From NCBI RefSeq assembly GCF_006345805.1, contig NC_043023.1:10230001-10294000 (forward strand): a DNA stretch of 64,000 nt, read 5' to 3'. Numbering within the stretch: position 1 is the stretch's first letter; every line of letters starts with the position of its first letter. A program made the translations under genes and the position numbers. Source of the stretch: Octopus sinensis (Eukaryota). Below, one piece after another: positions 53,526 to 64,000 of this stretch. Below the pieces are notes generated by a model. That model had not been told where the DNA came from, made no database searches, and worked only from the letters and a program-made list of their open reading frames with translations.

Positions 53526-55170
53526 ACAATATTAACAGTTTCAAAACATTCGCATTTTCTGAAGGTGGTAAAGTAGAGTTTGGTCAGTCGCTCGTACAAG
53601 TTATTCTCCTTGATATAATTGTTTCTTCAGTTATCTGCTAGGAGCAAAGTTTTTATTAAAAGGCCTACTGATGGTGGTTTGTGGGACTTAGTATCTACCA
53701 TCGACCTCTTGTATTGACTGGGTCTTTATTTTATTCATCCCAAATCAATGAAAGGTAAAATTGACATCGGTAGGATTTCGTTTCGGTAATTAAAGCAAAC
53801 CAACGTATGTTTTATACATTCCCCTTTTCTATAAGTTTTTGTCGGTGATACTTCTGGTGTCAGATATTCTTTGATCTCGTCTGAAATTAATGATTTTTCT
53901 GGATGAATTTCTACTTTTGTATCAAAACTGAAGGGGAAAGGACTATTTCGAAGATAACGAGTGAGATTAAATTGTGAGTGAAGTAATAATTTCTTCTTAT
54001 TTTATATTAAAATTCGTTTTCTCTTTGTACAAACCTGTTTTAGTGGGAAATCTTAACAATATTCAAGATTTCTTTACATTTTCCCGATCATAAATGCTAT
54101 TTGTAAACCTGCTGAAATTATGAAAATTAAGTTATTTACAGAAAAATATGTTTTTATGAAATTTGCTACAAATACCATTCAGAATGTGTATATTAGAATT
54201 CTATCGGAATTTAATATGAAAATATAAATTTGGTGGGCTCGTACATATGAAAGTTAAAATTTTAAAAGAAATTCTGGATTTGTCTCAGTATGTATGTGTA
54301 TCTTTGTGTTAGTGTTTCTTCCCCTCCCATTCCCGCTTAACAAACGGTGTTGGTATATTTACATCCCTGGAACTTTCGGCAGCAGACTGATAAAATGAGT
54401 TCCTGGCATAAAAAAAACAAATACATATATATTTATATAGATATATATATATATATCATGGTGGTCTATGTAAATGGCATCTATACTGCTCTGCATAAAA
54501 AGCTCCCATACAAGGACCATGTGAGAAGATCTCGATACAGTCTCTAAACTGGTTGGCATTAAGAAGAGTGTCCAGCTGTAGAAAGCAATCGAAATCAGGC
54601 AGGAACTGGGTGCAGCACCCCTGTTTGCCAGCACAGGTCAAACCAACCAACCCAGGGAAGAATGGTAAGTGGACATTAAATGTAAAAAGCTGTGCCAAAA
54701 CAGACACACAAGTGTGGGGCAGTCTTCTGACTGACCACCTCCTACCAAACCATCCAGCAGATACTGGTATTGAAGGCAGACATTAAATGAAGGGGATCAG
54801 GAAACGAGAATCCTGGCAGTTTGCTGTGTTTGAAAAGACACATCAAGCTAAGTAAAAGCATGGTTGCCCTTGCATACAAGCTTGTCCCTTGCAACCCCCT
54901 CCAGCTGAGCATCCCTAATCCTGCAGGCTCATGGGTGCTGATACCACGTAAAAAGCACCCAGTGGTACTGCGTACTATCACCCAGTACATTCTGTAAAGG
55001 GTTTGTGTTAGAAAGGGCATCCAGCCATAGAAACTATTTTAAGATAGAGATTGGGCCTGATCAGCCCTTCAGCTGGATAGCTCCTTTCAAACCATTCATC
55101 CCATGCCAGTGTGTAAAATGGAATTTAAATGATGATGAAGTAATAATTTTATATTTATATATACACCTTA

Positions 55171-55470
<300 letters not shown>

Positions 55471-56631
55471 TCTGATGTCATCTACAGTATGGATATAAAT
55501 GACACTGGATTTATTTGAGGAATTCCTTCATGTCAGTAGAGTTTAAAACATGAGAGAAAGAGAAAGAAAATAGAATTTCCAAGACTAGTATTCACTCTGA
55601 TTGTTTCAACCCATCGTGCATCTGTGCTTCACAGGTGAGATTCTGTACGAACAGTTGTGGGGCATCCTTTGATGCAGACATGTCCCATCAGTTGACTTAT
55701 CAAATGGTTCCTCATATTTAAATTTCTGTTTTGCTTATTTCGATAAGAATTCATTTTGGTATTTGGGACATGTCAAGCTTCTTTCAGTTTCCATCAAACA
55801 TGTCTTTGATTGGCCACTCTGGGACTGAACCCAGGACCATGTGGTTGGGAAGCCAACTTCTTACCACACAACCATCCCTGCACTTCTACGTCCATGTCTA
55901 TATAAAATGTAGTAAAACTTTCACTGTTTTAATCTCTCTAATTCCTAATTATCTTGTATGTTTTACACTGTTGTTTCTCTTTCGTTTCAGATTATCAGAT
56001 GACATCTGCTTCACAGGATTTTTACATAAGCAACGTCATTAGAATGGAAAGGCTTTTGAAGACTGAGCAAAGATGTTATACAAAACACGTATAACCCTGT
56101 TTCTATAAATATTTACTGAATTACTGCAAAATATATCTTCTGAACTCTGACATATATGTCGCAAAATTTCTCTTCTTTATTGTCTGGAATACACAGAAAA
56201 TTATATTTGCATATTAATTAATCATTTAGCATTTAAACTGGCACAAATATTCTGACCTCTCACACTCACCCTGCAGTGTCAATTTAAACATAAACAATCA
56301 AATCACTGAAGTCTCAAAGCTATGAGATAATCCATGATTAATTCAAAACTATATGAATAAATAAGCATTACATTTCACAAAGGAATCTCAATGCTAAACG
56401 GTTAAACTGGCCATATTTTTGTGTGTTTTATATTCATACTAGCCAGATCCCACCCCTCACACCCACCCTTCAAGGTCATTCTAAAAATAAACAATCACAA
56501 CATTGAAATCTGAACATGGTAACATAATGAATGATTAATTCAGAAGAATTTCAATAAATGTTATATTTGACAGAGTAATCTCAATGTTAATGAGTTAAAG
56601 CAATTAAGAAGGCAGTTTGCAGCATCTTCAG

Positions 56632-58701
<2,070 letters not shown>

Positions 58702-60707
58702 GGAATAGATTCATTTCCCAAGTTACAGACATTGTTTATGAGTTTTATTTTTCAAGCACAACATCCAAATTTTGAAAGTTTCTACTACCATAACAAATGC
58801 ACCTGTGTCTTACCAAGAAGTTTATAAAACGCAAAAGAATGCTTCTCAGTAAACAACTCTAGACTTGTTTCTTTGCTTGTGAATCAGTGGTCACGTCTAC
58901 TAATGATGGTGTCCCTGAGTCTTTTCAAAGTGATTCAGAAAACAGTTATAATAATAATATTTTGTCTATTCTAAATGATCTTGACATTGTTTTTGACTTT
59001 ACATAAAATATTCTTTACATTCTACTGTTATTTTATTGTCATTTATTTACAAGTATTATAAATTTTATTGGTAAAATATTTTTCTGGGAATGAATTACAA
59101 TTTATTACATTGCTTCTATGGGAAATGATTGCTTTGCTTTATGAGTTTTCACTTTAGGAGCAATCTCCAGGAAGAAATTAAGTCATATATCAAGGCATTA
59201 TTGTATCTGACAGTATTTTGGCACAAGGCCAGCAATTTCAGGGGAAGGAGTAAGTTGAATAACCACATGGATCAGCATGTGTGCTTTTTACATGAACTAG
59301 CACAAATGCTTTTTACAGGGAGTGGCATTGCACGATATATCTATTTGTATAAAGCTGAAGTTGTCTGTGTGTGTGGCAGGTTTTGCAGCCTTCAACTAAC
59401 ACTATCTCTACCGAGACACTAGCGCAAGTTGACCAAAATTGAGAGTATGATAAAAGAAGGCTTGCTCTTCCTTCCGTAGAAGAAAAAATTGAAATCGCAC
59501 CATGTCAACACCAAATATTATTTAGATCAGAAAGGTGCTTTTTTTTCTATGAAAATCCCTATTTTTTACGATTCTTTGACTGCTGTGTCACCGTTTTTCG
59601 GTGTATTTCAACCAGAAAACTGTTCACTTAAAGAGAATAACAAGCTACATAATGCAAGATTTTTACTTTTCAAAAATTCCAATTCTAATGGGTCGAAAAG
59701 AAAATAAACCTGAGCAACGCTGGGCGATACTGCTAGTATATATATGAAGCTCTGTAACTTCTCATATATATTTGAAGGTGCATGGCTCAATCGTGAGTTC
59801 AATTCATGTCATCTTCATTACATTGAACAATGTTTAAAGTTAAAGGGTCAAAGCGAAATGCAGCCATATTTTCTCCACAAAACTACTTTAAAACGTTTTC
59901 CAATGGCTGAATGACGAAACGTATTAATCTGGTTTCTGCCCTAAATATTCTCGTAAAGTAAGGATGCATCTTGTACACCAGCAAATACTCAGTGAAGTGC
60001 AAGTTAATTCAAAATTAGTCAACGCCGTTGCCAAACACTGAAGAATCTTGTTTAATAATTTGGCTAATCTAGTGAAATTCAAAAGTTACTCCAATACTGA
60101 TTCGGTGTAAGGAATGGAAACCTACTTATTTCCCCTTTAATTTCTATTTACTTTCTTAAATCTCCCATACTGAAGGATTATGCTTATTAGAGCCATGCTA
60201 TCCAGGCCAACCGTGTACAATTACTAACATTTTCTCACACTAAACCATCCCACTTACTAAAAATATCCTTCTTGTAGAGGATGGTGTTTAGTCAACTGGT
60301 ACTTATTTTATCGACCCCGAAACGATGAAAGGCACAATCGACCATGGTGGAATTTGAACTGAGAACTGTGGGATGACGTCAGCGGCTAGGAAGATGACCG
60401 GAAGATCAAGGGCGCGCACGGGGTTGGGGCGATGGCGCCCTTTTCGATCGGGGAAGTTGTGAGTGCATGACGTGTCAGTGCTTCGACCAGTTGGGGGATA
60501 GCAGCTGCTATTTTTAGCGTTTCGGGACAGGCCACGTGGAAGGGTACATTACCATCCGACAGATAAGGGTCAACGAAGAGAAGGTGAGTGTCTTACTTCT
60601 AATCTCCCGCATTCACTACGAACGTAGCGTCGGTCGAAATAGCGGTTAGCATTTCGTCCGGCGTGCTAACGATCCTGCCAGCTCGCCGCCCTGCAAAATG
60701 CTTTAGA

Positions 60708-60826
60708 TGCTTTGGGCAGATAGGTTGTCCAAGCGGTCACCCATCTAAGTACCCTGCAGGCTCGACATTGCTTCACTTCGGTGATCAGGCGAGACAAGGT
60801 GCAATCAGCATTATATGGCTGTAATA
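60708..60826 (-). pseudogene. 5S rRNA-like sequence, duplicate copy
   Basis: Identical by eye to 53407-53525 at offset 7301. Confidence 0.8.
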
Positions 60827-62571
60827 ACAATATTAACAGTTTCAAAACATTCGCATTTTCTGAAGGTGGTAAAGTAGAGTTTGGTCAGTCGCTCGTACAA
60901 GTTATTCTCCTTGATATAATTGTTTCTTCAGTTATCTGCTAGGAGCAAAGTTTTTATTAAAAGGCCTACTGATGGTGGTTTGGGGGAGTTAGTAACTACC
61001 ATCGACCTCTTGTTTTGACTGGGTCTTTATTTTATTCATCCCAAATCAATGAAAGGTAAAATTGACATCGGTAGGATTTCGTTTCGGTAATTAAAGCAAA
61101 CCAATGTATGTTTTATACATTCCCCTTTTTTATAAGTTTTTGTCGGTGATATTTCTGGTGTCAGATATTCTTTGATCTCGTCTGAAATTAATGATTTTTC
61201 TGGATGAATTTCTACTTTTGTATCAAAACTGAAGGGGAAAGGACTATTTCGAAGATAACGAGTGAGATTAAATTGTGAGTAAAGTAATAATTTCTTCTTA
61301 TTTTATATTAAATTTCGTTTTCTCTTTGTACAAACCTGTTTTAGTGGGAAATCTTAACAATATTCAAGATTTCTTTACATTTTCCCGATCATAAATGCTA
61401 TTTGTAAACCTGCTGAAATTATGAAAATTAAGTTATTTACAGAAAAATATGTTTTTATGAAATTTGCTACAAATACCATTCAGAATGTGTATATTAGAAT
61501 TCTATCGGAATTTAATATGAAAATATAAATTTGGTGGGCTCGTACATATGAAAGTTAAAATTTTAAAAGAAATTCTGGATTTGTCTCAGTATGTATGTGT
61601 ATCTTTGTGTTAGTGTTTCTTCCCCTCCCATTCCCGCTTAACAAACGGTGTTGGTATATTTACATCCCTGGAACTTTCGGCAGCAGACTGATAAAATGAG
61701 TTCCTGGCATAAAAAAAACAAATACATATATATTTATATAGATATATATATATATATATATCATGGTGGTCTATGTAAATGGCATCTATACTCCTCTGCA
61801 TAAAAAGCTCCCATTTAAGGACCATGTGAGAAGTTCTCGATACAGTCTCTAAACTGGTTGGCATTAAGAAGAGTGTCCAGCTGTAGAAAGCAATCGAAAT
61901 CAGGCAGGAACTGGGTGCAGCACCCCTGTTTGCCAGCACAGGTCAAACCAACCAACCCAGGGAAGAATGGTAAATGGACATTAAATGTAAAAAGCTGTGC
62001 CAAAACTGACCTTGCCTGTGATTTTAAGTGTAAAATGTACTCAATACACTCTGTAGTATGGTTGGTGTTAGGAAGAGCATCCAGCTGTAAAAGCTGAGCC
62101 AAAACAGACACACAAGTCTGGGGCAGTCTTCTGACTGACCACCTCCTACCAAACCATCCAGCAGATACTGGTATTGAAGGCAGACATTAAATGAAGGGGA
62201 TCAGGAAACGAGAATCCTGGCAGTTTGCTGTGTTTGAAAAGACACATCAAGCTAAGTAAAAGCATGGTTGCCCTTGCATACAAGCTTGTCCCTTGCAACC
62301 CCCTCCAGCTGAGCATCCCTAATCCTGCAGGCTCATGGGTGCTGATACCACGTAAAAAGCACCCAGTGGTACTGCGTAATATCACCCAGTACATTCTGTA
62401 AAGGGTTTGTGTTAGAAAGGGCATCCAGCCATAGAAACTATTTTAAGATAGAGATGGGGCCTGATCAGCCCTTCAGCTGCTTAGCTCCTTTCAAATCATC
62501 CAACCCATGCCAGTGTGTAAAATGGAATTTAAATGATGATGAAGTAATAATTTTAAATTTATATATACACC

Positions 62572-62862
62572 TTATAGTATACCATTGCCTTTCTGAGCGA
62601 ACAATTTGCCACAGATAACACAGTGATATGGCTTCTCACCTGTATGGACGCGTCTGTGCCTAGTCAAGCCTTGATTTCGAGAGAATGATCTACCACAGGT
62701 ATCACAATGATATGGCTTCTCTCCTGTATGAATACGTCGGTGAGTGAGTAGGTTAGTTTTTCGAGAGAATAATTTACCACAGGTATCACAATCATATGAT
62801 GTCTTGCCCTCTTCATTCTTTACATCATCAGATAAATCAATTATTTTAGATAGCCTTCCCAC
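62572..62862 (-). CDS. Antisense C2H2-ZF paralog fragment, open copy (2 full fingers plus a partial third)
   Basis: Duplicate of 55185-55470 with CGA intact; array truncated, so function is doubtful. Confidence 0.5.
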   Translation of the reverse strand: MGRLSKIIDLSDDVKNEEGKTSYDCDTCGKLFSRKTNLLTHRRIHTGEKPYHCDTCGRSFSRNQGLTRHRRVHTGEKPYHCVICGKLFAQKGNGIL

Positions 62863-64000
62863 TGTATTTGGCTATCTGATGTCATCTACAGTATGGATAT
62901 AAATGACACTGGATTTATTTGAGGAATTCCTTCTTGTCAGTAGAGTTTAAAAAATGAGAGAAAGAGAAAGAAAATAGAATTTCCAAGACTAGTATTCACT
63001 ATGATTGTTTCAACCCATCGTGCATCTGTGCCTCGCAGGTGAGATTCTGTACGAACAGTTGTGGGGCATCCTTTGATGCAGACATGTCCCATCAGGTGAC
63101 TTATCAAATGGTTCCTCATATTTAAATTTCTGTTTTGCTTATTTCGATAAGAATTCATTTTGGTACTTGGGACATGTCAAGCTTCTTTCAGTTTCCATCA
63201 ACCATATCTTTGATTGGCCACTCTGGGACTGAACCCAGGACCGTGTGGTTGGGAAGCCAACTTCTTACCACACAACCATCCCTGCACTTCTACAGCCATG
63301 TCTATATAAAAATGTAGTAAAACTTTCACTGCTTTAATCTCTCTAATTCCTAATTATCTTGTATGTTTTACACTGTTGTTTCTCTTTCGTTTCAGATTAT
63401 CAGATGACATCTGCTTCACAGGATTTTTACATAAGCAACGTCATTAGAATGGAAAGTCTTTTGAAGACTGAGCAAAGATGTTATACAAAACACGTATAAC
63501 CCTGTTTCTATGAATATTTACTGAATTACTGCAAAATATATCTGGGGAACTCTGACATATATGTAGCAAAATTTCTCTTCTTTATTGTCTGGAATACACA
63601 GAAAATTATATTTGCATATTAATTAATCATTTAGCATTTAAACTAGCACAAATATTCTGACCCTGCCGTGTCAGTTTAAACATAAACAATCAAATCACTG
63701 AAGTCTCAAAGCTATGAGATAATCCATGATTAATTCAAAACAATATGAATAAATAAGCATTACATTTCACAAAGGAATCTCAATGCTAAACGGTTAAACT
63801 GGCCATATTTTTGTGTGTTTTATATTCATACTAGCCAGATCCCACCCCTCACACCCACCCTACAAGGTCATTCTAAAAATAAACAATCACAACATTGAAA
63901 TCTGAACATGATAACATAATGAATGATTAATTCAGAAGAATTTCAATAAACGTTATATTTGACTGATTAATCTGAATGTTAATGAGTTAAAGCAATTAAG

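Noticed and set aside
55991-56095. Candidate internal exon with short ORF MTSASQDFY... (duplicate ~63398)
   Set aside because: Good acceptor but no convincing donor or frame link to the ZF exon; may be UTR.

Overview
Eukaryotic, AT-rich, microsatellite- and transposon-dense animal DNA. By inference it is coleoid cephalopod (octopus-like), based on the C2H2-ZF tandem cluster, (TA)n/(TATG)n load and SINE/RTE repeats; I cannot confirm the species. Host genes: (1) a minus-strand ankyrin-repeat gene whose four coding exons I spliced by eye (7745-7828, 5981-6132, 2337-2493, 694-1460; it continues off the left edge), with an exon of near-identical 102-bp repeats varying almost only at binding-surface codons; (2) a ~7.3-kb tandemly duplicated C2H2 zinc-finger unit (tail of one copy, one full copy, start of a third). 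Each unit with its 5' part in view has a CpG-rich promoter/first exon, an antisense 5S-rRNA-like sequence and an antisense ZF paralog fragment in its introns. The middle is mostly mobile DNA: RTE- and CR1-clade LINEs (one RTE-type ORF stop-free over ~983 codons; one full two-ORF CR1 broken only by three in-frame stops), a Gypsy 5' fragment, a Tc1/mariner remnant, Helitron-, piggyBac- and Merlin-like non-autonomous elements, a 2.4-kb foldback element, a 10 x 161-bp array of a LINE 3' end and several long palindromes. Most ORFs in the supplied track are microsatellite or antisense artefacts. All alignments and counts were done by eye.
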